From positions 377,351 through 441,350 of the forward strand of contig JADKAC010000002.1 of assembly GCA_016715425.1 (NCBI GenBank): a stretch of DNA of 64,000 nt, written 5' to 3'. Position 1 is the stretch's first letter; the number at the start of each line of letters is the position of its first letter. Under the pieces are notes generated by a model. It was not told the origin of the DNA. It worked only from the letters and a program-made list of their open reading frames with translations, and did no database searches. Shown here piece by piece: positions 18,464 to 28,610 of this stretch. This stretch comes from Bacteroidota bacterium. Lineage in GTDB: Bacteria; Bacteroidota; Bacteroidia; Chitinophagales; BACL12. The position numbers and the translations under genes are program-made.

Positions 18464-18913
18464 TTATAGTACTTTCTTATTCAACACCATACCGTTTTCA
18501 CTAAACAAAATTCTTATTGTCTCACTATCTTTTTTCAACTTCACCTGATAACATTCACCATGTTGTTGGTTGTCCACTTTGCGATAGTCCTCTGCATTAT
18601 AAGCAGCAAATTCATTTTCCACTACCAGTGAAATTGATTGCGGTAATTCCGATTTTTCTATTTTCTGTTCTGTTTCTATCCATTCACCATTTTCTCTATA
18701 ATCCACAAACATTTCTGTATCATTTAATTTAAACTCTGCTTCATAAATACCAGTGTCAATCATTGCCCATTTTTCATTTTTTACATCCGGGAACCTTTCC
18801 TTGAATGGTACTTTAACCTTATCAGGTACATTTTTATATGAAACAGATTTTTTATTGCATGCTGTCAAACTTATGAGGCCAACACACATTATTAAGAATA
18901 CTATTTTTTTCAT
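18464..18913 (-). CDS. PepSY-like (DUF2874) lipoprotein
   Basis: Lipobox LTAC. Repeated PepSY-like beta-lactamase-inhibitor-like modules (VPDKVKVPFKERFPDVKNEKW). Confidence 0.65.
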   Translation of the reverse strand: MKKIVFLIMCVGLISLTACNKKSVSYKNVPDKVKVPFKERFPDVKNEKWAMIDTGIYEAEFKLNDTEMFVDYRENGEWIETEQKIEKSELPQSISLVVENEFAAYNAEDYRKVDNQQHGECYQVKLKKDSETIRILFSENGMVLNKKVL

Positions 18914-19190
18914 TGGTTTAATATTTTTATAATGTAAAATATATCTTGATTAAAAAATTCAGGATATATAAACATTCTTAATTTCTAAAGTGCTTCGTGG
19001 GTTTTAAAGTAAAAAATAGTAATCATTTTTGATTCCCGATTTTAATACTTTCGATATAATTAGTAACACATAAGATTTAAAATTGTTGAGACAATATGTG
19101 CTTCTCTAATTGAAAATTTTTAAAAAGCTTTAAAATTAATAGGATAATAAAAGTAGTAAAAAACAGGAAATAGGTTTAAGCAATATCCGG

Positions 19191-19610
19191 TTATAATGCC
19201 TCCGTGTAACTTTTAAAATTATCCAATATAGATTGCCAACCAGATTTTTGAAATTCCAATGGATGTTCATCTTCTGCTTCAAAGGCTTCTGTTATTTCTG
19301 TGCTGTTTCCTACTTCTTTAAAATCAATACGCACATTTCTGCCATCACCAAGTACATATTGAATTAATTTATTTTTTTCAATTGCTTCATACACACCTTC
19401 AAAATCAAAACCCATACTGCCGTCTTTCGCTTCCATCCTGCTTTTAAATGCACCGCCCACATGTAAATTATTTTCTGCTGCTGTTGTATGCCAGGATACA
19501 TCTGCATTATTCCATTGCATAATATGTTGTGGAGTTGTCCAGCTTTCCCAAACTTTATCTATGGGTGCATTTACGATTGTTTGAATTGAAATTGTTGCTC
19601 TTGGTTCCAT
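19191..19610 (-). CDS. SRPBCC/AHSA1 (activator of Hsp90 ATPase-like) family protein
   Basis: IVNAPIDKVWESWTTPQHIMQWN start and 139-aa size fit the AHSA1/START-like fold family. Confidence 0.75.
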   Translation of the reverse strand: MEPRATISIQTIVNAPIDKVWESWTTPQHIMQWNNADVSWHTTAAENNLHVGGAFKSRMEAKDGSMGFDFEGVYEAIEKNKLIQYVLGDGRNVRIDFKEVGNSTEITEAFEAEDEHPLEFQKSGWQSILDNFKSYTEAL

Positions 19611-19687
19611 TGCAATTTGTTTTTATAAAAATATTTATTCCGCAATTTTAGAGATGTATTTAATAACAACATTTAACGGTTTACTTT

Positions 19688-21145
19688 TTAATTCTTTACA
19701 GGAATCCTCTGTAATGTTTCTAATAAATATTTCCAAAATTTTTGTACGCTTGAAATTTGCACTCGCTCATCCGGTGAATGTGCGCCACGAATATTTGGGC
19801 CGAATGAAATCATATCCATATCGGGATAATTTCTGCCGAGGATTCCGCATTCTAATCCTGCATGACATGCATTTACATGTGCATCACCTTTAAATAATTC
19901 GGTATATAAATCAGACATGATAGTAACAATTTCCGAATGTGGCGCAGGTGGCCAACCGGGATAAGAACCCCCTGTTGAAACTGTGCAATCCGCCAATTCA
20001 AATGCACTTGTAATTGCTATTGCGGCATCTTCTTTTTCAGAATTTACTGAGCTCCGACATAGGCATTGAATAGATGCATTGCCATTTTTAATTTCAACTC
20101 TTGCTACATTGTTAGATGTTTGCACAAGATCAGGAATATCAGGACTCATTCTATAAATTCCATTCGGACATGCATAGATTGCACGGAGTATTTTTTTCTG
20201 AAAATCGTCTTCCATTACTTTAGCAGGTGCATCCGCTTTTTCTAATTCAATTTGTAATCCTTTATCGGTTGAGGCATATTCAATTTTTAATATAGATGTT
20301 TGTTCAGCTATAAATTTTTCTAATGATACAGTATCATTTTTCTCTACACCAATTATTGCAAAGCTCTCTCGTGGAATTGCATTGCGCAAGCCACCACCAT
20401 CAATGCTATTTATATAAATGTTGAATTTATTATCAGCAAACAATAACAAGCGATTCATAATTTTATTTGCATTGCCCAACCCTTTATGAATTTCCATTCC
20501 GCTATGTCCACCGCTTAATCCCTTTACACTGAGTTTATAAAAAGAAACAGTGGAAGGTGTTTTTATTTCAGTGTATTTTGTAGTTGCAGTTACATCCGCT
20601 CCACCCGCACATCCTATTGTAAGTTCATCATCATCTTCGGTGTCAAGATTTAATAAAATATCCGCATCTAATAATCCGCCTTTTAATTCAAGTGCACCTG
20701 TCATACCCGTTTCTTCATCAATAGTAAATAATGCTTCCAAGGGTGGATGCGGAATAGAATCTGATTCTAAAATTGACATGATTGCAGCTACACCAATTCC
20801 ATTATCTGCACCTAATGTGGTACCATCTGCTTTCACCCAATCATCCTGCACCAACATTTTAATTCCTTCCGTATTGAAATCAAATTTTGTATCTGCATTT
20901 TTTTGATGCACCATATCCAAATGACTTTGCAAAACAACAGTCTTTCGATTTTCCATTCCCTTGGTTGCAGGTTTTTTTATTATCACATTGCCAACTGCAT
21001 CTTTAGTAGTTGGCAAACCGAGTTTATTTCCGAATGCTTCAATAAAAGCAATTACTTTTTCTTCTTTTTTACTCGGCCGAGGTACGGCATTTAATGCAGC
21101 GAAATTCTTCCAGATATTTGCGGGTTCTAATTTTGATAAATCCAT
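19688..21145 (-). CDS. pepD: aminoacyl-histidine dipeptidase (M20 family PepD)
   Basis: LEPANIWKNFAALNAVPRPSKKE, LQSHLDMVHQKN, GADNGIGVA and IDEETGMTGA blocks. Confidence 0.9.
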   Translation of the reverse strand: MDLSKLEPANIWKNFAALNAVPRPSKKEEKVIAFIEAFGNKLGLPTTKDAVGNVIIKKPATKGMENRKTVVLQSHLDMVHQKNADTKFDFNTEGIKMLVQDDWVKADGTTLGADNGIGVAAIMSILESDSIPHPPLEALFTIDEETGMTGALELKGGLLDADILLNLDTEDDDELTIGCAGGADVTATTKYTEIKTPSTVSFYKLSVKGLSGGHSGMEIHKGLGNANKIMNRLLLFADNKFNIYINSIDGGGLRNAIPRESFAIIGVEKNDTVSLEKFIAEQTSILKIEYASTDKGLQIELEKADAPAKVMEDDFQKKILRAIYACPNGIYRMSPDIPDLVQTSNNVARVEIKNGNASIQCLCRSSVNSEKEDAAIAITSAFELADCTVSTGGSYPGWPPAPHSEIVTIMSDLYTELFKGDAHVNACHAGLECGILGRNYPDMDMISFGPNIRGAHSPDERVQISSVQKFWKYLLETLQRIPVKN

Positions 21146-21183
21146 TATGTTGTATTTATTTTTTAATTGTGTAGAGTTTGAAA

Positions 21184-21633
21184 TTAAGAATTTTTAAGCA
21201 ATTCTAAACCATATACTTTTTGTTCTTTTAATTCATTAAATCCTAATTTTTTATAAAACAGATGTGATTCTTTGCGCATCACATTACTGCGCACCCGTAT
21301 ATGATTACAATGTTTGTTAAGCGACCAACTATATATTTTTTCTACAAGCAATTTTCCAACGCCTTGTTGCCTGAATTGTTCGTTCACCACCAATCCGCCA
21401 ATCTCAACAAATGCATCAGATTCAACTCTCAAAGCAATGAATCCATGAATCCAACCGATTAACTGTTGATTATAAATTGCAGCAGAAACACATTGATTTG
21501 AATCCTGAAATATTACATGCAGCCGTTGTTGGATTGCTGCTTCAGAACTTGTGTATCCTAATTGATCAGAAAGAGATGCAATCGCTTTTGCATCTGTAAT
21601 TTTTGCTTGTTGGATTTCTATTTTAATTTGCAT
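21184..21633 (-). CDS. GNAT family N-acetyltransferase
   Basis: Acetyl-CoA motif FRQQGVGKLLVE; 149 aa. Confidence 0.85.
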   Translation of the reverse strand: MQIKIEIQQAKITDAKAIASLSDQLGYTSSEAAIQQRLHVIFQDSNQCVSAAIYNQQLIGWIHGFIALRVESDAFVEIGGLVVNEQFRQQGVGKLLVEKIYSWSLNKHCNHIRVRSNVMRKESHLFYKKLGFNELKEQKVYGLELLKNS

Positions 21634-21679
21634 TATTCAGCATTAAAAATAGATAATAAATCTACATGATGAAATCTAG

Positions 21680-21714
21680 GCTATTTTACTTTCGATAGCT
21701 TAAAGTAAAATAGC
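21680..21714. promoter_or_regulatory. perfect 13-bp inverted repeat (GCTATTTTACTTT N9 AAAGTAAAATAGC), candidate operator
   Basis: Read directly. A third, direct copy of the arm (TTATTTTACTTTA) follows at about 21722-21734. It lies 47 nt upstream of the GNAT start. Confidence 0.35.
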
Positions 21715-21775
21715 AAGAATCTTATTTTACTTTATTTAGCTTGTACTTTTAAGGTAAATTGATTGGATGAGAATA

Positions 21776-21818
21776 AAATAAAAAGGTTGAAACAATGTAA
21801 AATTGATTCAACCTTTTT
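21776..21818. terminator. intrinsic terminator downstream of the TonB-C gene
   Basis: Stem GGTTGAA / TTCAACC flanked by an A-run and a T-run. Confidence 0.6.
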
Positions 21819-21853
21819 AACTCTGACCAAGAAAATTGTAATCAGAAAAACAA

Positions 21854-22273
21854 TTACTTCAATTTAAAATAAATAGGTACTACATATTCCACTTTCACTT
21901 TCTTGCCATCTTGTTCACCTGGAGTCCATTGCGGCATTGCATTTACAACACGTAATGCTTCTGCATTTAATGTTGCCGAAACACCTCGCTTAACAACTGC
22001 ATCTGTAACATTTCCCTTTTCATCAATTACAAAACCGACATACACTTTTCCTTGCTCTCCTTTTTCTTTTGCATCTGCCGGGTATTGAATTGATTCAGAA
22101 AGATATTTCATCATTGCATCATCACCACCTTTGAAAGTGGGCATCACCTCTGCTTGTTTTAATGGCATATCATCGGCGCTTTGCGCTGAAGCTGTTTCTG
22201 AAATAAATGTGAGAGAAAGAATACATAAAAGTGTTGCAACACTTTTTAAAGCTGTGTTTTTAAAATGATTCAT
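21854..22273 (-). CDS. TonB C-terminal domain protein (energy transducer TonB family)
   Basis: Start at MNHFKNTALKS with a signal/anchor segment. C-terminal TonB fold blocks (YPADAKEKGEQGKVYVGFVIDEKGNV, KVKVEYVVPIYFKL). Confidence 0.8.
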   Translation of the reverse strand: MNHFKNTALKSVATLLCILSLTFISETASAQSADDMPLKQAEVMPTFKGGDDAMMKYLSESIQYPADAKEKGEQGKVYVGFVIDEKGNVTDAVVKRGVSATLNAEALRVVNAMPQWTPGEQDGKKVKVEYVVPIYFKLK

Positions 22274-22367
22274 AATGTTTGGTTTTAGTGTGAAATAATA
22301 TCCATCAAATGCGACGGCTGTTGGTTGATGCAAACCATCGGATTATTCCATAAATATATTGTAAAAA

Positions 22368-25300
22368 TTATTGCAACAGAATAAATGCTGACCAATAGTA
22401 AGGGCCATATCGCTTACTCATTGTTTGTTGTGCCAAGCGAAATGCAGAATTCAATTCCATTCCTTTCAATAAATTCCCATAAAAATATTCCATGAACAAA
22501 GCAGTTTCTTTATCACTTACTTTCCACAAACTCATCACTATATTTTCAACTCCGGCTAATTTAAAAGCACGTTGTAAACCGAACACACCTTCATCACTGC
22601 GCACAGTTCCCAAACCTGTTTCACATGCAGATAAAACGGCAAGACGACATTTACTCAAATCCATATAACTCACTTCGGCTGCAGTGAGAATACCATCATT
22701 TAAATCCGCAGGCAATTTTTCTCCTTTCCAACTGCGATTTCCACCTGCAAGCAATAATCCCGAACGATACATTGCATCTGAATTGGAAACTGCGTTGCCG
22801 GGTAATTGATCTACAAAAAATCCATGTGTAGAAATATGCATTATCTCCGGTGCGTTGCCACTAAAATTTTTAAACATATCTTCCGATGCTTTGCTGCCGG
22901 TAAACATTTCTGTTTTGTTTTTACTTGTTTGCAATAACAGATCTATACTTTTCACTTCTTGTAAAGTACCGGGTAAATAATTCCATTCACCACCACGGGT
23001 ATTCACTGCATTTCTGCTATCATTTAATACAAGTAATTCATTTGCATTCTGCAATGTATTTTCAGATTGCATTGCAGCATATAATTTATCATCACTCGAC
23101 ATATAATCCACACCACCAATCATTGCAATTTCACCTGATTTAAATGTATCTGCTTTTTTAATCTTTTCAAGATCAGCCGAATTTCCAATCTGCGAAATAT
23201 TGTAATTAAATCCTGCATAGGTATTAAATGCAATTGGAATTGCAGCAACATTAATTGTATTTATTACACCGGAAACAGTGATATATATATTTCCATTTAC
23301 AGTGAGATATTTTTGTAATGGTTGCCAAAGTAATTGATATAAATGTTGACCATCATAATAAGCTTCTTCCTCATCATATTCAGGAAAACCATATAAACGA
23401 GATGCATAGGCTGCATCTGTTTCATCTTTTCTTTTTGCGATTATTTGAAGTAAAATATCCTCGCTGCAAAGCATTACTAACTCCGGCTCTTGCATAGTTC
23501 CGGTAAGTATCATTGCCGCATACCATTCACCTTGATGTTGCTTATCAGAATAACTATATATCTGTAAAAATTCGATTACCGCATCTGTTGCTTGTAATTG
23601 TTTTTTTACATCTGTCCATTTTTCATTTACAACATAACTGATATTGCTACCGCTTTTTAAATTTAATTGTTTTTCATAATTATCTGCTGCAATCTTTAAT
23701 GAATCCACATACGATTTATCGGCATCTGTTTGCGATTCTAATTTCGCAACATATTGTTTTGTATGTAACCATTCGGTGTAAACATTTCTGATTTCCGCAT
23801 CAGGTGATTGTTCAAAATTGCGACGTGCATTGGTGGATGAATACAATAACATTGCACGATTTGCCAATTGATAATTATACATATCTCCTGCAATTCCCGG
23901 CAGTTGAGAATGGGCAAAAACAAAATCATTAAATACATCAAATTGATAGCGGAAAGTAGATAGAAATGCTTCTTGCTCTGCAGCATTCATCACACTAAAA
24001 TTTGTATTCAGTTGTTCCAATTGTAAATCTAAATTCCGCACATATAAATCTCTCGCCAGTTCGGGTTTATTTAATGCATCATAAATACTTGCAAGGCGCC
24101 GATAACTTGCGAGTACTAATGGATCAGTTTCATTATAATTATTTTTCCTGTAATCCAACACTTCTTCTGCAATTGCAAGCGCATCATCATATCTTTCCAT
24201 TCGAATATATAATTCAGAAACATTATCCCGCCATGTTTGATAATTAATATTGAGATCACCCAAATATTTTTCGCTTAATGCCAAAGCGGAAGCATATAAT
24301 TCTTCCGACTCCAAATATTTTTCCTGATCCATTGCAACACCTGCGAGTGCGGCAGTTGCATTTATATAATTGAAAGAGCTGTCGCCTTCTTCTGCTAATG
24401 CAAAATCAAATGCTTGTCTATAATATATTTCTGCCGATTCCATTTTATTCGCACTCTCATAAATGCGACCCATCGCCATAAGCTGCGCATTGAAATTACT
24501 TTTCAATAAATCACCAGTTAGAAAATCAAAAAAAGTATTTGTATTGTTTTGCAATTCACGAGTGCGAAACATAGTAACATCCTCTGCGAGAGGAATTGCT
24601 TGCTGATATCTACCTACTCTTACATAAAAATCTGCGATATCCATCATGCGGTTAAAATAATCTGAACTATCTGATTGCAAATAATTTTTTGATACTGCAA
24701 TTGATTCAAGATATAATTTTTCAGCAGCAGAATAATTTCCCGTTCCTGTATAATAGTTTGCAAGATCACGCACTACGTCCAAATGCAAAACAGTATCCGA
24801 TTGTGCTATTCTGAAATTATCATACACAATTTTATAATCTGCAAGACCATCTTCCACCCTGTTCAAATCAATTTTAGATTTTCCTTTTGCATACAGCACA
24901 TTGTAATCTAATCCTGTTCCTGCAGCCATTTTTTCAACTCTATTTAATGTAGCAAGCGCTTGCTCAGAATTAAAAGTTGCATTTAAATAAGAAGCATATT
25001 CCAATCCGTAATTGGTGCAATCATACATCATGGAGTCAGGCATATTGTCGCAGATATTCAAGATGGTATCATACACTGCAAAACCCTCATCATAATTATC
25101 AATAGTAATTTGCAAACCAGCCATACGGTTTAAATATTCCAATGTAGTTGCTGTAGGTTCACCATGTAATCTGCTGCGATCAATTGCCTTTTGCGAAGCT
25201 TCCAACGCAAGGTCATATTCGCCGTAAGTAGAAAAAATTAAACTGAATAAATGCCATCCATCCGCAGTAGGTTCATCTTTTGTACCGATAGCTTTTATAT

Positions 25301-26249
25301 CAATTGCATACGTTTTTAAAGTCCAGGGTAAACCATTTTCTTTATCGCCATTTAAAAAATATAATTGCGACAAAAATCCTGTTGCAAATCCGTAGAGTAC
25401 ATTTTCTTCACCATAGGTATATCGGAAATATTCCTCCATAATAAATCCTTTTGTAAATGCTTCCTCACTTGCATCACCCAATGCAATCATCATTGCAGTG
25501 GAACCGATCAGATCGTATAAATCAAGAATAGCGTCCTGATAATACATCACACATTTTCCTACTTCACCAGTGGTGTTATAGTATTTTATCACTCCTGTCA
25601 GCATATCATTTTCGTAAGGAAAAACAGAAGTTAACAATCCAGAAGAATCATAATTTTTTGTTATGCCAATGCGCAAATCATTTTCATAGGTTGTAGATTT
25701 TTCTATCACACCTGTACTTCTATAAAAATTAAATACGCCATTCTTTTTCCCCAGAGTAACAGAACCACTTCGCATTACATTTCCATTCTCATAATACTCT
25801 GTATAATTGCCATCAGGTAAATCGTCGGTATAATTACATCTCCATTGTATGTTTCCGGAAGGATAAAATTGTTCGGCCAATCCTTGCATTAATCCATCCT
25901 GATAATTGTAGATATATTTTTTATTGTTGTTTTTGTAATACAAAATTGCAATACCATTCAGCGTATCTGGAAACATAGATTTGTATTGTGCTGAATAGAC
26001 GAGATTATTATTCTCAATGGAATATTCATTTACAAATCCGACAGGTATATTTTTTTTAAATTTTGCAGTGTTATACCAATCTGCATTTACAGCATCTTTT
26101 AATAAATTATTGTCAACGTCATAAAAGAAAATCCATTTACCAGTGCGCAATCCATTTTTATCTGTTTTATTGGGAGCAGTTAATTGGGTAAATGCGATGG
26201 ATTGTGTTGCAATCAAAAAGAAAAAAAAGAATACTGTTTTTATCTGCAT
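22368..26249 (-). CDS. secreted MORN-variant repeat / TPR / CHAT-domain protein (1293 aa)
   Basis: Signal peptide MQIKTVFFFFFLIATQSIAFTQ. About 8 YwqK/MORN-variant repeats in the first ~240 aa, then a long TPR-like helical region. C-terminal CHAT domain has His in MHISTHGFF (codon 22824-22826) and Cys in LSACETG (22623-22625). Confidence 0.85.
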   Translation of the reverse strand: MQIKTVFFFFFLIATQSIAFTQLTAPNKTDKNGLRTGKWIFFYDVDNNLLKDAVNADWYNTAKFKKNIPVGFVNEYSIENNNLVYSAQYKSMFPDTLNGIAILYYKNNNKKYIYNYQDGLMQGLAEQFYPSGNIQWRCNYTDDLPDGNYTEYYENGNVMRSGSVTLGKKNGVFNFYRSTGVIEKSTTYENDLRIGITKNYDSSGLLTSVFPYENDMLTGVIKYYNTTGEVGKCVMYYQDAILDLYDLIGSTAMMIALGDASEEAFTKGFIMEEYFRYTYGEENVLYGFATGFLSQLYFLNGDKENGLPWTLKTYAIDIKAIGTKDEPTADGWHLFSLIFSTYGEYDLALEASQKAIDRSRLHGEPTATTLEYLNRMAGLQITIDNYDEGFAVYDTILNICDNMPDSMMYDCTNYGLEYASYLNATFNSEQALATLNRVEKMAAGTGLDYNVLYAKGKSKIDLNRVEDGLADYKIVYDNFRIAQSDTVLHLDVVRDLANYYTGTGNYSAAEKLYLESIAVSKNYLQSDSSDYFNRMMDIADFYVRVGRYQQAIPLAEDVTMFRTRELQNNTNTFFDFLTGDLLKSNFNAQLMAMGRIYESANKMESAEIYYRQAFDFALAEEGDSSFNYINATAALAGVAMDQEKYLESEELYASALALSEKYLGDLNINYQTWRDNVSELYIRMERYDDALAIAEEVLDYRKNNYNETDPLVLASYRRLASIYDALNKPELARDLYVRNLDLQLEQLNTNFSVMNAAEQEAFLSTFRYQFDVFNDFVFAHSQLPGIAGDMYNYQLANRAMLLYSSTNARRNFEQSPDAEIRNVYTEWLHTKQYVAKLESQTDADKSYVDSLKIAADNYEKQLNLKSGSNISYVVNEKWTDVKKQLQATDAVIEFLQIYSYSDKQHQGEWYAAMILTGTMQEPELVMLCSEDILLQIIAKRKDETDAAYASRLYGFPEYDEEEAYYDGQHLYQLLWQPLQKYLTVNGNIYITVSGVINTINVAAIPIAFNTYAGFNYNISQIGNSADLEKIKKADTFKSGEIAMIGGVDYMSSDDKLYAAMQSENTLQNANELLVLNDSRNAVNTRGGEWNYLPGTLQEVKSIDLLLQTSKNKTEMFTGSKASEDMFKNFSGNAPEIMHISTHGFFVDQLPGNAVSNSDAMYRSGLLLAGGNRSWKGEKLPADLNDGILTAAEVSYMDLSKCRLAVLSACETGLGTVRSDEGVFGLQRAFKLAGVENIVMSLWKVSDKETALFMEYFYGNLLKGMELNSAFRLAQQTMSKRYGPYYWSAFILLQ

Positions 26250-26290
26250 AGTGTGTAGATGCTATTGTAAAGAAATTCGTTACAAACATG

Positions 26291-26327
26291 AAAAAAAAAT
26301 CCCGCAACAATTGAATTGAAGCGGGAT
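26291..26327 (-). terminator. intrinsic terminator after cysN
   Basis: Stem ATCCCGC / GCGGGAT followed on the minus strand by a 9-T run. Confidence 0.75.
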
Positions 26328-26350
26328 TGAAATAAGCATAAATATGTTAT

Positions 26351-27649
26351 TTATTTAATAATCATACCGGCAGCTACCGTTTCATTTGTTCCTTCATCAA
26401 TAAAAATGATAGAACCTGTGATACGGTTTTGTCTGTATTCATCATAGAACAAAGGCACTGTGGTGCGGATACGAATTCGTCCGATTTCATTAAGACCAAA
26501 TGTTTTTACATCTGGATCTCTATGCAGGGTATTTACATCCACTTTATAAAGTATTTCTTTTACAATACATCTTGCATCTCTGGTAGTATGTTTAATTGCA
26601 TACTTACCGTTCAACAGCAATTGTTTTTTGTCGCTCATCCAACAAATCATCACATCTATGTCCTGGCCAGTTTCCGGAATATTATTTTCACGCACCAACA
26701 TATCACCACGGCTGATATCAATTTCATCTTCCAATAAAATAGTAACGCTTTGAGGAGGATGTGCGAATTCTAATTCGCCATCAATAGTAGTAATGGCTTT
26801 TATTTTTGAAGTTAATCCGGAGGGCAAATGCATCACTAAATCTCCCGGTTTAAAAACACCACCTGACACTCGACCTGCATATCCACGATAATCATGATAT
26901 TCATCGCTCATTGGGCGCACAACATATTGCACAGGAAAACGGCAATCAATCATATTATGATCACCACCGATATGCACTGTTTCCAAAGTATATAATAAGG
27001 TAGGTCCCTGATACCAATCCATCTTTGTGCTGCGGTCAACCACGTTATCGCCTTTCAATGCACTGATAGGAATAAAGCGCACATCCTGCACATCTAATTT
27101 TGATGAAAAGTTTTTGAATTGATCTACCACTTTATCATAAGCCTCTTGCTTAAAATCAACAAGATCCATTTTATTAATACAAATAACAATATGTGGTATC
27201 TGTAACAGCGAAGCAATAAATGCATGGCGATGTGTTTGCTCAACAACACCATGACGTGCATCCACTAAAATGATGGCGAGGTTCGCAGTACTAGCACCGG
27301 TAACCATATTTCTTGTGTATTGAATATGGCCGGGTGTATCAGCAATAATAAATTTGCGTTTTGGTGTAGCAAAATATCTGTATGCCACATCAATAGTAAT
27401 TCCCTGCTCACGTTCTGCACGTAAACCATCAGTAAGCAAAGCAAGATTTACATAATCTTCACCTCTTTGTAATGATGATTTTTCAATAGCTTCCAACTGA
27501 TCTTGAAAAATTGATTTCGAATCATATAACATTCTACCTATCAATGTAGATTTTCCATCGTCAACACTTCCTGCAGTGGTAAACCGCAGTAATTCCATAT
27601 TGAGATAACCGTTGTGATCGAATTTTCCGTCTTCTAATAAATGCTCCAT
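26351..27649 (-). CDS. cysN: sulfate adenylyltransferase subunit 1 (GTPase)
   Basis: G-domain motifs GSVDDGKST, DTPGH and NKMD, plus EF-Tu-like domains. No fused APS kinase domain. Confidence 0.93.
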   Translation of the reverse strand: MEHLLEDGKFDHNGYLNMELLRFTTAGSVDDGKSTLIGRMLYDSKSIFQDQLEAIEKSSLQRGEDYVNLALLTDGLRAEREQGITIDVAYRYFATPKRKFIIADTPGHIQYTRNMVTGASTANLAIILVDARHGVVEQTHRHAFIASLLQIPHIVICINKMDLVDFKQEAYDKVVDQFKNFSSKLDVQDVRFIPISALKGDNVVDRSTKMDWYQGPTLLYTLETVHIGGDHNMIDCRFPVQYVVRPMSDEYHDYRGYAGRVSGGVFKPGDLVMHLPSGLTSKIKAITTIDGELEFAHPPQSVTILLEDEIDISRGDMLVRENNIPETGQDIDVMICWMSDKKQLLLNGKYAIKHTTRDARCIVKEILYKVDVNTLHRDPDVKTFGLNEIGRIRIRTTVPLFYDEYRQNRITGSIIFIDEGTNETVAAGMIIK

Positions 27650-27698
27650 TATATTTTCTTCTGTTCTGTTTGCGATAAATAAATTGATGATTTTTTGA

Positions 27699-28604
27699 TC
27701 AGAAATATCCTTGTTTTTTTCTGTCTTCCATAGATGTTTCGGAACGTTTGTCGTCCGAGCGATTTCCTCTTTCAGTAATACGTGTTGTAGCTACTTCGTA
27801 AATAATTTTTTCTACCGTATCTGCATCACTTGCAACTGCGCCTGTAATAGGAAGATCACCACAAGTACGGAAACGCACCTGACGAACTTCAGGCTTTTCA
27901 TTGCCACGCAATTTCACCCATTTTGGATGGGTAGATATATATGTTCCATCACGTTCAATTACTTCCCGCATATGAGAAAAATATAATGTAGGTAATGGAA
28001 TATTTTCCTGAAGAATATATTGCCATACATCCATCTCAGTCCAGTTACTGATTGGGAATACACGGAAGTGTTCACCAAGATGTTTTTTCCCGTTGAAGAT
28101 GTTCCATAATTCCGGACGTTGATTTTTTGGATCCCATTGACCGAACTCATCACGATGACTGAAGAATCTTTCTTTGGCTCTGGCTTTTTCTTCATCTCTT
28201 CTTGCGCCACCCATACATGCATCAAACTTGTTGTTCTCTATTGTTTCCAAAAGAGTTACCGTTTGCAAAGCATTACGGGAAGCATTTATTCCTTGCTCTT
28301 CCACAGCGGTACCTTTAGAAATAGAATCTTCTACCTCGCCAACGATTAATCGGGCACCGGTTTCTTTCACCAACCAATCACGGTATTCAATTGTCTCCGG
28401 AAAATTATGACCCGTATCAATATGAACTAATGGAAATGGAATTTTCGCAGGCCAAAAAGCCTTACGTGCCAGATAAACCATCAGGATAGAATCTTTTCCA
28501 CCCGAGAATAATAAGGCAGGGTTCTGAAATTGTGCCGCCACTTCCCGCATAATAAAAATGCTCTCGGCTTCCAGTTCTTTTAAATGTGTTAAACTATAAG
28601 ACAT
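27699..28604 (-). CDS. cysD: sulfate adenylyltransferase subunit 2
   Basis: PAPS-reductase-fold PP-loop FSGGKDS. CysD-length 301 aa. Immediately upstream of cysN. Confidence 0.93.
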   Translation of the reverse strand: MSYSLTHLKELEAESIFIMREVAAQFQNPALLFSGGKDSILMVYLARKAFWPAKIPFPLVHIDTGHNFPETIEYRDWLVKETGARLIVGEVEDSISKGTAVEEQGINASRNALQTVTLLETIENNKFDACMGGARRDEEKARAKERFFSHRDEFGQWDPKNQRPELWNIFNGKKHLGEHFRVFPISNWTEMDVWQYILQENIPLPTLYFSHMREVIERDGTYISTHPKWVKLRGNEKPEVRQVRFRTCGDLPITGAVASDADTVEKIIYEVATTRITERGNRSDDKRSETSMEDRKKQGYF

Positions 28605-28610
28605 GATATT

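Noticed and set aside
18914-19190. 277-bp AT-rich gap as a possible small RNA gene
   Set aside because: No stable hairpin, terminator, promoter box or conserved-looking motif could be found by eye. It is most simply a long promoter/terminator spacer between two minus-strand genes.
22368-26249. CHAT protein as part of a CRISPR-associated or NLR-like anti-phage system
   Set aside because: It has no cas genes, NTPase domain or partner effector nearby. The clear N-terminal signal peptide argues for an extracytoplasmic role, so it is kept as an unusual protein but not called a defense system.
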